Assembly (NCBI GenBank): GCA_973851085.1
Contig: OZ316776.1
Span: 8,804,001-8,868,000 of the forward strand
DNA length: 64,000 nt
Reading direction: 5' to 3'
Source: Ptychomitrium polyphyllum
Lineage: Eukaryota
The notes beneath the pieces were generated by a model. It had not been told where the DNA came from. It was given only the letters and a program-made list of their open reading frames with translations, and did no database searches. This document shows, in pieces, positions 39,770-52,000 of this stretch; position 1 is the stretch's first letter, and every line of letters begins with the position of its first letter. Made by a program: the position numbers and the translations under genes.

Positions 39770-42700
39770 TGGGAAAGTTAGCTGTTGTCAGGCCTCCAAA
39801 TATTGGTGGAGGCTGGATGGTGATCATCAATTCTGCTTCTTTGGGTGCAGTGCCTGCTAATAAGACAAGTATCTTGGTTCAATAAAAGCCTTGATGCACA
39901 TTCAAAGTGGTTAATCCATTGGTTTCTAGACCTGGTTGCATTTCACCTAGACACACTAGGCCACACATGTTTTCAGAGGTGTAAGAGGCATCCAAGAACC
40001 TGATTTGTAGTCTAACCCATAAGCTTCTGCCTCAAGGGTGCATTGCCAATGCAAGGCATGGTACCATGAGTGATGTGGGGAGTGCATACTGTCTGTTGCT
40101 TATCACTAATCAGAAATGTTCAACAAAACAGTTTAGGCACCACTCTGATGGCACACATACAAAAAACAGAAAAGAGTCATACAATATGGCTGGCCTGGGC
40201 TGCAGATTCTTGAACATGATGAGAACTGCTCCCAAGTTTCGAACAAGTGGCACATTGATATATGAGCATCAGGGCCTGTTTTCACTTGAGAAATTGGGCT
40301 CTAACTCAGAGAGAGAAGTGGTACCTTGTTTGAGAGGCCACACCAGTAATGAAGTACTTTCCACTACGAAAGGGAGTTATAAGTAGGTTGCAACCCAAAG
40401 TTTAGGTGTAACTTAAAAAGGAGGGTGGCGGCTCATAGTGAGGCCAATATGGGGATGACAATAATATAAACATAAACAAGAACAATCAAAAAATACAACT
40501 GAAAAATCAGAGAAATCCCAAATTAAAAAAGAAGAAGCCATATTGGCTATTTTAAATATGATTTCGCAAACAGGGAATTATTAGATGTTCAAAATTTGGA
40601 ATCAAAATTAGCTGGGACTTTCCAAGTTAACAACCTCAAGGACGTGACTAAAAACAAGAAGGCTTAGTCCATGGAAAATGTTGTCTAAATTTGTCATTTA
40701 GGATTCCAAGTACATCGAAATAATGTACAGGAATCTTGGCCTGTATTTTTCTCAGTATACGATCAACTATATATTAAGAATTGTCTGTACTAATGAAAAC
40801 CCCTTGCTTCTTTGAACTCTAAATCAAAGATCTCAAGTGTAAAGAGCACCTCAATTTAAGTTTGGCCCTTTCAATCTTAGGAACCACCTTGAATTGCAAA
40901 AATTTGTGCAAAACTGAACTTCGAAGTAAAGCAATCTATATCTCCTTGGCACCTAAAACATCCAATGCAAAAAGTCACATAGAAAACAATCTAATACAAC
41001 AATTCTACATTGTTGTGTATTTCTTATATTAAAATTGAATTCCGAGGGTTTATGTGGGCATCTCTTTTTGAAGCTTGTGACGTGGTGCAATGCAATTTCA
41101 AAACTTACAGTACTATTGAAGCACTTAACAAAGAAAATCACATATGAAGGATTCAACTGTATGTATTTTTCTGATCATAGTAGCAGTCTCAAAATGTTAT
41201 CTTAATTCTCTAAAATTGCAATTAAGCATGAAATGTAGCATTGGAAAGCCACTTTGAATTTCCCTCATTAGAAACCGTTGTTCTGTTTATGCTATTTTAA
41301 TTTTAGATATTTCATTTAAACTTTTTCTTGAGATTCAAAAAAAACCTACCAAAAACTGGCTTGAGAATACATATATACTTTGGTACAACCCCACATTATA
41401 ATGCCAAATTGTAATTGTGGAATATTCTTTTAAAGTTATTAGGACATCTTGAATATTTAACTAATCTGGGCTTGATTCAGTCAAGTTACTATAAATAAAA
41501 ATTTTAAATTGAAATAAATCTTCCCAAGCAGTAAATTCCATTGGAAACTGTGATTTTCCAATAGCAAACTCGGACCCAAAGTATTAACTTCCACTGTAAT
41601 AAACTTATTTCCAACAAGAGCTTTTACTTCTAGTTTAATCATTCAAATCGTTTGGCAAGTTTGTAGAGGCCTTAAAAACGCAACCCTATTTCCTTTTTAA
41701 GTTTATTTATGGTGCACAGAAAGGACATAACATTCTTTGGAAATCATAGAAATTTATTGTCCTCTCAAAATTAAAAAATAAATACTAATTGGCAACAAAC
41801 ACATGTGGTAGTGAATACATGAAAACATGGATCTAGTTTGATGATTTGGTCCATTCTCCTTTAATCTTTTGTTGAATAAGGCTTTGACAATGGAATTGTA
41901 CTTTTGAAAACATCAATAAACTTCAATAACACTTATCATATAGAATTTGAGCTTGGTACATATAGTGATAAGTGTCTTCAACTTTATGGTATTTTTTTAA
42001 TGCAAAACCTCACAAACATGTCATTAATTTTAAAACTTTTTGGTTTGAAGAGACATAAAGGATGCCTCTTCCCCCTATGTCGGGTTTTCTCTAAAGGATG
42101 CTGCTACCATGCACAGTCTGCATCCTTTTATGACTTTATCCTACACCATGGACAAGAAAGGCACAACTCTATAAAGAGAAAATGACATTCTTTGAGATGA
42201 GCTTTTTGAAGCACAACACATATTTGGCAAAATTTCTCACTTTGTGGATCTGTGTACAGTTTTGGGGGCCCAGGTAATGGAACGTTCTGGACTCTGTGAG
42301 GAATCAGTGAGAGGTAACATTCAGGGGACAATTTACCAGCAACAGTCAATGTTCCAACTTGAAACCAAACATTGTTACTACACGTGGTGGGTGGGACTTA
42401 TTAGAAGTTACAAATGACTGGCCCCAATACATTTTTACTTGCAGACAGAACTGCCTGTCCTGTTCCAGACCAATTCTTTTAATATAATGGTACCATGTAC
42501 TCAACGATTTCAGTTTCTCTTGAACCAACTCTTGCAAAGGCCCAGAATAGCACTGTGGAGCTGGTACTCCAAAAAATATCTATGACACAAACAAACAGTC
42601 TCCAACTTCAAGCAGCATCTGACATTTGCACAGCTGCTGTATTGCAAGTTGAGTACTGTGTCAATATTTGAGTTGAAAGCCTAGTTGAAACTTGTTTGCA

Positions 42701-42989
42701 ATTGAACTATCTTATCACTCAGCCAATCACCTGAAAACTTGCCAGAAGGTAAAGAAAGGGGCATCTAAATCATTCATAACAAAATTGCAATTTAGCTGAG
42801 AAACAATACATCTTTAATTTAAATCATACCCTCAAAAACTCTAGAGTACATGATTGATATTGCAATGGTGTGAAAATGATGAATTATGTGTTGATGTCAT
42901 TTGATGTCACAATTGTTGTCTCAATTGTTATGTTGGAAGAGTGGATGGACAAACAAACCTTGCCAAATTGCACCAAAGTCCTACTTCCC

Positions 42990-43098
42990 AACAAGACTCC
43001 CTACTCCCCAACCAGACTCCCACTCCCAAACCAGACTCCCCAATCTTCAATTAGACTCCCGCTTCCCAACCACACTCTCCAACCCCACTCCCCAACCA
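42990..43098. repeat. C-rich degenerate minisatellite (~20-bp unit)
   Basis: Recurring AGACTCCC(n)ACTCCC(C)AACC units. Confidence 0.65.
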
Positions 43099-45173
43099 CG
43101 TGCAAAACAGGCCATAAAAACGAACTGCTCCAGGAGCCAATTAATTGACATTTGCACACTGTGCAGTCAATTGTCATTTCTGTGCTGTTTGGCATGGGGT
43201 CTGCTCGGCACATGATAACTTCACACTGTACTAAATTATCATGACACTGTGCTTTACATATCATACAGATATGATTCAGAGTGTCTATCACTTATCTATA
43301 CACAAACAATAACTACCCTCATTAGTAATCACTAGGTACCCTTACACACTACAGTACTGTATCAAAGGAGTAACATGCAAGCATCCTCTGTAATGCAATC
43401 ATGTGCATTGTAAAGTTTTTAATAAAAACTATTTATAGCATTGTATTAACATTTTCATATTATATAGCTTCTTCATTAAATTAGGACTTTTTAAGAAATC
43501 TAGACTCCTAAATTCATGGAAGATGCTTCCTCCAATAAAATTATAGTTTTTAGATTTTGAGCATTGTTATCATTATTAAATGACAATAATGCCATGAATC
43601 CATCGGGAGAAAGGTCACACCTTAAAAAGTCCATATTTGAAAACCCTGAACTTGTACATGGAGATGACACATGTTTTATCACATCTTCCATTGTGCGAAA
43701 GGTAATTTTAATGTACTAATAAAAACATTGAACTTAGAAGCGAGGCTAGTGTTTGTGTGTGAGGTTGCCATTTCACCAAAAACTCCAATCTCTTCTCAAC
43801 AACAACAATGGCATTAGGCCATTGAAGCTGCCTCTGATGGACCATATCAGCTCATCAATGGGACCAGAAGACGTCCAAAGGTTTATCATTTCTACCTGAA
43901 TTTCCCTGCTAGGAATAAACCTGGGCCATACTCTGCACGAATTTCTTAACATAGAAAATGCATAAGATCCAAAGTCTCCTTAAGCCCTCCTAAAAGACTC
44001 GAAACTGACCTCTAAAACTCCGAATGACACCAAAATTTTCCGTCTCTTTCAAATGAAAAGAGGCTTACTATGAAAGAAGCTCAAATACACCAAATTCACA
44101 TCCACTTCATACAAAAGACTGATGGTTGGTTAGGAGTGAACTCATGCTGCAGTTCCACTGAAAAAACAGCACACCATTTTGGAATAGAAATAATTTTGAA
44201 CAGGAATGGTGCTTACAAGTTGTCAGGCAAAGCTATCCTGAGTCTCCATTGTTATTGACACCTGTATAACATTGCGAAACACGTTCAACAACTTGCACGT
44301 TCTCGAACACATGAACCGGCACCTATCTAAATATTTCAAAAGAAAGGAAAAAAAGGAACTTGGAAGTGCCGGGGACGAGTCTCCACCTAAGAGGCGGTCC
44401 AGGTGAAACCAAACACAGAAATTCGTTGGTTCCTGCCTGATTTATGCAGGTCAACTTCTTGTCAGCAAGACCCAACTCGTCCGTTTGTAATAGAAGACAA
44501 TCCTCTCGTCGGATTTCTGTGTTCCTGTTATCAGGTCTCCTGTAATAAATCACTACTTTGTGCTGTCCTGAAGAAAGCGTGGCCCCTGAAATTCCCATTC
44601 GGTATCACAGAGCACATCACAACATCCATCACAGATGTCAGATATCTCGTGATTCAACAACGATGTAAACTCCTGTGTTCTTAAGAGTTCCTTCTCGTAC
44701 CGAGGCTGATGAAATTCACATCGCTACAAAGCTTATAGTTTAAAGCACAGCTAGGGAATCTTATCTAGGTCACAAAGCATGATGGCCAAAGATCAGGAAA
44801 AGGTGGCTGAACCTTGACATGCAAATCATTACGTTGGAAAACATCAGACCTCAATCGAAAGCCGATAAAAGAAAAGAGACAACGGTTCTTAATTTTAAGC
44901 TGAGAAGTCTACCAACTTCGAGCAAGCATGAAACCTCGTAATGCTGCAGATTCATATACCTGGAAAGAGGACCTGCCAGAACATTCTCCAGAAAGGTTTC
45001 GCCAGTTCTTGATTAGCGAAACCCTTCTCAAAACTTTTCTCCCGCAGTAACCAACAGGCCTTGCGAGCTTTGTGAGAAAATTAAACATTGTCTCACTGAA
45101 GACAAGAGCCTTTCCAAAAATGTCGTGGGAAAAGTGTCGAAGACGACGAGTTCACCCAACGATGCAACTGAAT

Positions 45174-46319
45174 TTAATCAGCAATCTCTCCTTCCTCCCT
45201 GATGTCGTTAGACTCTTCAACCCCAGGGTTAGGGCTGCCAATCTCGGTGATTTCATAAATTGGACTGTCAGTGGCTGTCTGCCCTTCTTCAACAAGGTCG
45301 CCGTAGCTCACGGTCATCCTGATCCTTTCAGAGACAGGCCTCTTCGTACCTGTTTGGTCTGCTTGTCCAACAAGAATTAAATTGCCTTCTGAGGGTGTAG
45401 GGTTTAGGGTCGCTCGCTCCGATTGCTTCTTCAACCCTTGAACCCACGCGTTCTGCAGCGCGGCAGGTGTCCTCACATTATCAGCTTCTTCTCTCAAGCT
45501 TGTTATAGGGTGTCTGTCTCCAGAGACACTTCGCCCAGAAAGGCTTGTTGCGGTACAAGGATCATCGATATCCATGCTTATTCGACGTCGTTTAACACTC
45601 TGCGGCTCATCTTGTTCGGTATCTACGTTCGGGTGATGGCGTTTCCCGTTCCCTATCTCGTTCTCTCTCTCTTTAAACCTAGCCTTCTGCTGCTCGATGT
45701 GTTTCCTGTTCCCTTCCTTCATAATCTCCTTGTACAAGCGAGGGCCGACAAGATCTCGAAGCAAATTCCACAACACACCGCCTGCGGAGCGACGGCGAAC
45801 GCCGTCAGCTGTCATCTGACCCCCGCACTTCTCAATCACGTCCACCTGATTCAAGAGAGCCTCCATGGCATCAATGCCAATCCTGTCCACGGCTTCCCGA
45901 AACAAGGGAAACTTAGGCTCCTTGATTCGCCTGCATGTCTGCACCACGAAGCGCTCAATACTCATCGACTGCTCCCGTAAACCAGATTGTTTCCGTCGAC
46001 CACGATTCTTCTTCCTCTTGTGCTTTATCTTCCTGGGGTTCTTCCCGCGCGCGTCCTTCGCTCCGTGACCGTATATTATGATCGTACGACCTGTACCGAT
46101 TTCACCACCATCCGCCGCTATCATCTCACCATCCTCATTGACAGACCCTCCGCCTCCAATACCCCCTTCCTCCTGGGTCGCTCTCGTGATGTCCATCGCC
46201 TTGAACCCCGACTGCAATTGCCCGGCCTCCTCATCCTCCTCCTCACACCCATCTTCGTAATCACTATCATCGTCATGCTCGTCATGGATCACAGTTACCA
46301 CACACTCATGCACCATCAT
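45174..46319 (-). CDS. PHAX: PHAX RNA-binding-domain protein (snRNA export adaptor-like), single coding exon
   Basis: Long ORF with first ATG at 46319. Acidic N-terminus, basic NLS-like KIKHKRKKNRGRRK, and PHAX-domain-like FVVQTCRRIKEPK...VDVIEKCGGQMTADGVRRRSAGGVLWNLLR. Confidence 0.85.
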   Translation of the reverse strand: MMVHECVVTVIHDEHDDDSDYEDGCEEEDEEAGQLQSGFKAMDITRATQEEGGIGGGGSVNEDGEMIAADGGEIGTGRTIIIYGHGAKDARGKNPRKIKHKRKKNRGRRKQSGLREQSMSIERFVVQTCRRIKEPKFPLFREAVDRIGIDAMEALLNQVDVIEKCGGQMTADGVRRRSAGGVLWNLLRDLVGPRLYKEIMKEGNRKHIEQQKARFKERENEIGNGKRHHPNVDTEQDEPQSVKRRRISMDIDDPCTATSLSGRSVSGDRHPITSLREEADNVRTPAALQNAWVQGLKKQSERATLNPTPSEGNLILVGQADQTGTKRPVSERIRMTVSYGDLVEEGQTATDSPIYEITEIGSPNPGVEESNDIREEGEIAD

Positions 46320-47002
46320 CACCTTCTCTACTCTCCTACTTGCGAACCCTAAAACCACATATCTTCTTGACGAACCACCTTCCCCTTCACCTCCAGCTCC
46401 AAAAACTCAACCCACTCAAATCACACACATCACTCAAGACCACCCAATAAACTCCAATGCAACAACACAACAAAACTCCCATCACTCTTCAAGATGCCCT
46501 CCGTGCCCTGTTGACGAATTCCGAAATCCAAAACCCAACTCCGTTGTGATCTCGCATACATGACCACCATGAACGCACATCACTTCCCCAATCCTGGCAC
46601 TGAAGAAAGATCACACACCTACAAGTTCCTTGATCAAGTGATCTAATCCAAAACTCCAACAAACACACAAAAAATTTGAGTTCTGGTTCATAGACACCAT
46701 GAAACTCGAGCACCAAAGTGAAGGCAAAGTCTCAACACCACAAACCCTAACAGATGCAAGCCTAATCAAATTGATCTTCACGGATGCGTGAGAACAAGGT
46801 TTCGTGAAGAACGGTCATATGCGACGTGGCACTTCGACTATATTGGTTCAATTCATGGAATCCAGAGTTCATCGTCTATAAAACTTCAACATCCACCTGA
46901 CACAAAGGTTAGGTTGTGTACACTTTTAGGGGTCTCAACGGATTCTCAACAGTGGAGTTGAGTGCTTGGGGATCGATCAGCGGTGTGTATAGTTTTGAGT
47001 TT

Positions 47003-47060
47003 ATGTGAAGTTTTCGTGAGAGTTTTTGTGAGGTTTTTGTGAGGTTTTTGTGAGTTTTTG
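47003..47060. repeat. ~11-bp tandem repeat in the MPDU1 5' leader
   Basis: GTTTTTGTGAG-like unit repeated about 4-5 times. Confidence 0.7.
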
Positions 47061-47093
47061 GTGAATGTGTTGAGAGTTTTGGATTCGGAGACC

Positions 47094-47834
47094 ATGAAGA
47101 CAGAGTTTGCAGGAATGGATGTGTCGTGTTTGGTGGACTCGTATGGGAGGAGTGAGATGCCAGGGCAGGATTGCGTGCTTCCCGTGATGTCGACGGTGAT
47201 GGGGTACGGCATAGTGGCAGGGTCGATGTTTCTGAAGGTGCCGCAGATCTACATGATAGTGAAGAACAAGAGTATCCAGGGGTTGAGTGTGGCGTCGTTC
47301 GAGCTGGAGGCCGCGGGGTTTACCATAGCGCTGGCGTACTGTTTCTTTAAGCAGCTGCCGTTCTCGGCATACGGGGAGCTTGTGTTCATTCTGTTGCAGA
47401 GCCTCTTGTGCGTGGCGTTGATCTATCACTACTCGCCGAAGCTGGGCCCGTTCACGTTGCTCAAGTCTGCACTCTACTGCGCCCTGGCGCCGAGTCTGCT
47501 TGCAGGGAGGCTGGAGCCCAATCTCTTTGAAGCGCTCTATGCCTGCCAACACGCCATCTTCTTTGCTGCACGGCTCCCGCAGGTCTACCAGAACTGGAGG
47601 ACCAAGAACACCGGGCAGTTGAGTTTCTTGACCAACTTCATGTCGTTTGCTGGATGTGGGGTTCGCACGTTCACGAGCATCCAGGAAAATGCGCCGCTGA
47701 GCATGGTGATCGGGAGCATTCTGGGGCTGTTGACGAACGGCGTGGTGTGTGCGCAAATTGCGACTTATGGGTCGACTTCGGAGTCAGTTGAAGAGGATTC
47801 AGGGGACGATGACAGGAGCTGGAAGATGGAGTAA
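47094..47834 (+). CDS. MPDU1: Mannose-P-dolichol utilization defect 1 (MPDU1/Lec35)-like PQ-loop membrane protein, intronless
   Basis: ATG at 47094, 246 aa. Two PQ-loop motifs (GSMFLKVPQI...KSIQGLS and AARLPQVYQNWRTKNTGQLS), LPFSAYGE, RTFTSIQE and multiple TM helices. Confidence 0.92.
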   Translation: MKTEFAGMDVSCLVDSYGRSEMPGQDCVLPVMSTVMGYGIVAGSMFLKVPQIYMIVKNKSIQGLSVASFELEAAGFTIALAYCFFKQLPFSAYGELVFILLQSLLCVALIYHYSPKLGPFTLLKSALYCALAPSLLAGRLEPNLFEALYACQHAIFFAARLPQVYQNWRTKNTGQLSFLTNFMSFAGCGVRTFTSIQENAPLSMVIGSILGLLTNGVVCAQIATYGSTSESVEEDSGDDDRSWKME

Positions 47835-48497
47835 GAGCTTGACCTAATTTACCTCTGCCTTTTTATCTTCTCAAAGGGAAATCTTCTCTTCATCAGTCAA
47901 GGAGCTTTCCTAACATTGGAAGGCATTCACGATTAGTTCGTGTCAACCACGACGGGTCTTCATTGCAATCGGAGACTCCTGATTCTGGAGGTGCTCATGG
48001 ATCGCCACTCTTGCAGCGTCGAGTTCCAAACCCAGAAGGAAGGGAGTTCGGGGTTAAGTTGCTGGATATCTTTTATGTGAAGTAAATGGGGCACAATCCA
48101 TCGACTGCATCGAGCTTGTCTGAACTTTTCTTATGTTAAGAGTCTTGTAAGCAAATAGTTCTTCACCACCAGCAGAAGGTTTCGAATTAGGTTTTCAGTT
48201 TTGGGTTGTGATGTTGACGAACAAATGGCCTGTCGACGGCTGGATGGAATGATTGGGGAGCTTTCTTCTTTCCGAATTGCGTTTGTCTTCTGATCTTGGA
48301 CCATGTTGTTCAAAGGTGGGCTTTTCTTTGACATAGAGGCTTTTGGGTGCCATGCAAAACATGGCTGTCACTGCTCGTTACTGTATGTGCAGTAGAATAG
48401 AACTAGGATCACCATTTCAAGATCAAATTACGGAAATGCCACCCGCTACAATCGATCACTGGATCCGAATCAAGTTTCCTGAACGGATCTGGAAATT

Positions 48498-48994
48498 GTG
48501 AAGACAGAGCATCTCTGCACTGTTCACCTCGAAGGACTCAAACTGTCTGCCTTTCCTGCAACTGGTCTACCTTTGTGTCCTCAGCTCAAGTTTCTCCTCT
48601 TGAATCAGAGACAGGGATACAGCAAGAGGAGCTCCTGGAGTCTTTTGGTCAGTCGCTCGGAAACTCAAAACAATTGCGTGGGCTCCACATGATGGGGAGT
48701 TTCCATGTCCCCGACTCCTCTCTTTGTGTCTCTTTGAGTATATAATGCAATTTGAAGTGTTCAACATCGCAGCTTTCCATGCTCTCTAAGAACTCCCTTC
48801 GTCATCTTGACACAGTTGACAATGCTTTTTGTCTAAAGGAGAAGACTGTTGAACTACTAGAATCATTGAGGAGACTCGAAGATCTGAAACCTCTGCAGGT
48901 TGGATACTTAGCAATTCTGACCTCTGAAATGATCAGAATTGCGGTGTTTAAGTTCGATAGAGATTTATCGCATACACTTTCAAGTCGCTCATGA
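48498..48994 (+). pseudogene. Degenerate leucine-rich-repeat gene fragment
   Basis: LRR-like peptides occur in two frames: HLCTVHLEGLKLSAFP and LCPQLKFLLL, then EELLESFGQSLGNSKQLRGLHM and VELLESLRRLEDLKPLQV. There is a frameshift near 48600 and an in-frame TAA at 48743. Confidence 0.4.
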
Positions 48995-49018
48995 AAAGAA
49001 TTATCTGGTGAGAAACTC

Positions 49019-49078
49019 AAATGGTATTGTCTATTTCATTGTGTAAATGGTATTGTCTATTTCATTGTGTAAATGGTA
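49019..49078. repeat. 26-bp perfect tandem duplication
   Basis: AAATGGTATTGTCTATTTCATTGTGT x2.3. Confidence 0.9.
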
Positions 49079-52000
49079 ATCTCTTGAAGGAGAAAGTGAG
49101 CTATTCTGCTCTTGCTCGAATTCTGTAACAGCAAGCGGATGATCTTGTGGATAAGATCACCCTAATCCTGCGATACTGGCATGCAGCATCTAGTAGACGG
49201 TCGTTTGAAACAGATGATTGGAAAGACTCGCATTCAATCCCAAGAATCGTTTTACAAGCCTCTTGTGTCAGTTCCAGGAACACATCCAGGGTTTCCTGGC
49301 AAGCTAGCGATCACATTTTGCAATATCCAGGCCTGCAATTTCAATCCAACTTCAAAAGAATTGCTGTGCATTGGAAGTACTGAGTTCAGGATCTCCTTTC
49401 CGAGCGTTTGCTGGGTTCATGTGTTCGTCACAGCTGGCTGTTGAAGCTTTCACTCTTTCAGAACTTCAGAAGGATAATGGTTCTAAAATCTTCAGGAAAT
49501 TTTTTCTCATAATTTTAAGTTTGTTTTGAGAAGTCGGGCAAGGTGTTAGGAACATTTGATTCTGTACACGGAACAAACATCTCATATTTCTTTCCAAAAT
49601 AAAAGTAATGAACTTACCAATGGTTTAAAATTGCAGCCTACTTTATGCCCTTGGCTGTAACGGGAAAAGTCGCTTCAGGGTTGTCGTTCTTCTCGCAGAT
49701 GAAAAACCGATCTTCGTTCTATGTTATATTTTTCAGAAAACTATATAATATGAGGAATGGTTTCCGTTAGCTTTAGGTCACTCATAATTACTATCTTTTT
49801 TACTAGCTATCGGGTAAACTGAAGGGTTCTTTCTGACAACGTCCATACTAGTTGAAATTTACGTGGTTTGGACAAATCTGCTTGACGTGGCTTCTATCAA
49901 CCAAACTATATTCTGTCAGAAGTCAATGCAAAAGTCTCAATTTACTGAATTTCGCGTTCGAACCAGATTGATGTGGTACTCCAAATTGATTGAAGGGGCT
50001 GATTCTCCTTTAAACTGCATGTCCACTGTACGTGTAATCTAGTTAGTTCGATATCACTAGCTAGCTGAGGTTGTACCCAACAAAATAAACTTTACTGAAT
50101 GTGATCTAAATGTTCAAATCAAATTTACTTAGAGGGGTTTCGAAATTCTCTTCCATGACGTCGTCAAGAGCACCACTACATTGACGAATTCTGTCACGGT
50201 CCTGGGTCACGCTTCTAATTCTCATTCATCCATTGCAAAGGGATTAAAATAACAGAAGAATTCACATCCAAGTGGACACACACACTTTGTGCAAACCAAA
50301 CGGGTCTGCATCGGCATTGATATCCAGAATAATGACAGTCACACATAGGTAGCCGCCTGCACCACAACCCTCCAATTTACTGACGTTTTTAAGAATGCTT
50401 GACGACATGATTTCTCCATGGGACAACTCCAGGCTGCTTGCTCAACGCACCTAATATCTAGCCTGGTAGAATCTATCCAAACAAGACTACCTAATTCTCG
50501 ATCTGCATCTACCCGCCTCGTCCAGATCGACTTCACGTACTCTCCCACACGTAATCGGTGAGATCACTCGTGCGAAATCAACCGCCTTGCACGGCCGCAT
50601 CCTCAATTCTCCGGTGCAGATCAGATGCGAGCTGTGTCAACAACAGGCGCCCGGCTGTTGTCGCTGTGCAGTCATCGCTGATCCTCCACCAGCCCGCGTC
50701 GGTTGACTCCCACACTTCCCCTACGCCATCACTTGCCGCCCGGTCTCCGTCCCTTAATCTGGTTTCATCTCAGGAGCTAATTACGCACGGCTCTCGACTC
50801 ACTCCATGCACGACTCGACGTGCAAAATCTGCAACAAAGTCCACGAACCTCCTATCCCTGTCTCCACAACCCCACGTGGCCTGCAGTAAGTCTAGACTCT
50901 AGACCAAACGATCTGTGGGCCGCCACGGCTGGCAACACATGGACGCTAGACTTCAGTTCAATCAGCCGCATGATCTCAATTACCAGAAGTGTGCATCTTT
51001 CAAATTTTCACTGTTTAAAGCAACTAATTATCTGATCCATCACGTTTAGTCGTGCTGCATGGAAGATTCTTTAAACTGGTTTCAATCTGTAATCCTGTTG
51101 CGAACTGTCGCTGCAGCGCTTGCCAGATTTTTCCCACGGTGACGTCATAGGTCAAGTGCTTGACTTGCCTTCGTAACAAGAAGTTGAAACAGTGGTCAAT
51201 TCCTGCACACGCCGACCTCAGCATGCAGCGGCATGCAATTGTGGACTCAGATTTGGGAGAGTATGTCATGCAGCGCGGGTTCTAGTTTCAGGTTCTCAGC
51301 TTCACAGCAGTGACAGGCACCGTTGCAAACGCCATACTTGTTAAACTGGCCAGTCTCCCCCAGTAGGTGTGATCCTATGACCGCTCAAACTAGGGAGAAT
51401 GTGGCAAATAGTGTAACTGTAGCAGCTTACCAGACTGAGTGTGCAGGTAACGGAGTTGACCAGTGTAACAATTATGGCGTTTTTAGTGTCATTTCATGTG
51501 AAATGGTTTACTACTGTAATGAGAGTTTTATGATTGGGTTGGAGGTATAGAGGACTGCCATCTTTTGTTACATTGGCCAATCTCCTTGGTGTTTGATTGC
51601 TAAAATTAGCGTGAATGTAGCAACTTAATACTGTGTAAACGACAGGGATTGAGTTGTTTACTGGATGTGACAACAAAGTGTGAAAGTTCTTGTCACTTTA
51701 TGAATGAAAGCATAAAGCTATTTGAAATTGCTTGAGGGAATCTTATGAAAACAAACTAGTGAAATAATATTTTTGAAGGATTACCATATGAAAAGGAGGT
51801 TGCTTGAATATTGAAATTTAAAGGATTGTTGTGAACGGATTCATTCTACATTTACAAATTTGCATTGATTAATGTAGTCAAATGAAGTTAGATTTAATAG
51901 TATATAAATGTATAGTCAATAGTAAAAAATATTATAGCCATATCAATTTTGTGATTTAAATAAGCAAAAATTCATTTTAACAATTGGATAGTAACCTTAA

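Noticed and set aside
42128..42735. Minus-strand ORF fragments that could be a transposon-derived remnant
   Set aside because: No catalytic or family motif could be identified.
45423..46352. Plus-strand ORFs of 185 and 121 aa over PHAX
   Set aside because: Antisense shadows with low-complexity translations.
47001..47756. 251-aa antisense ORF over MPDU1
   Set aside because: Shadow ORF of a GC-rich CDS.
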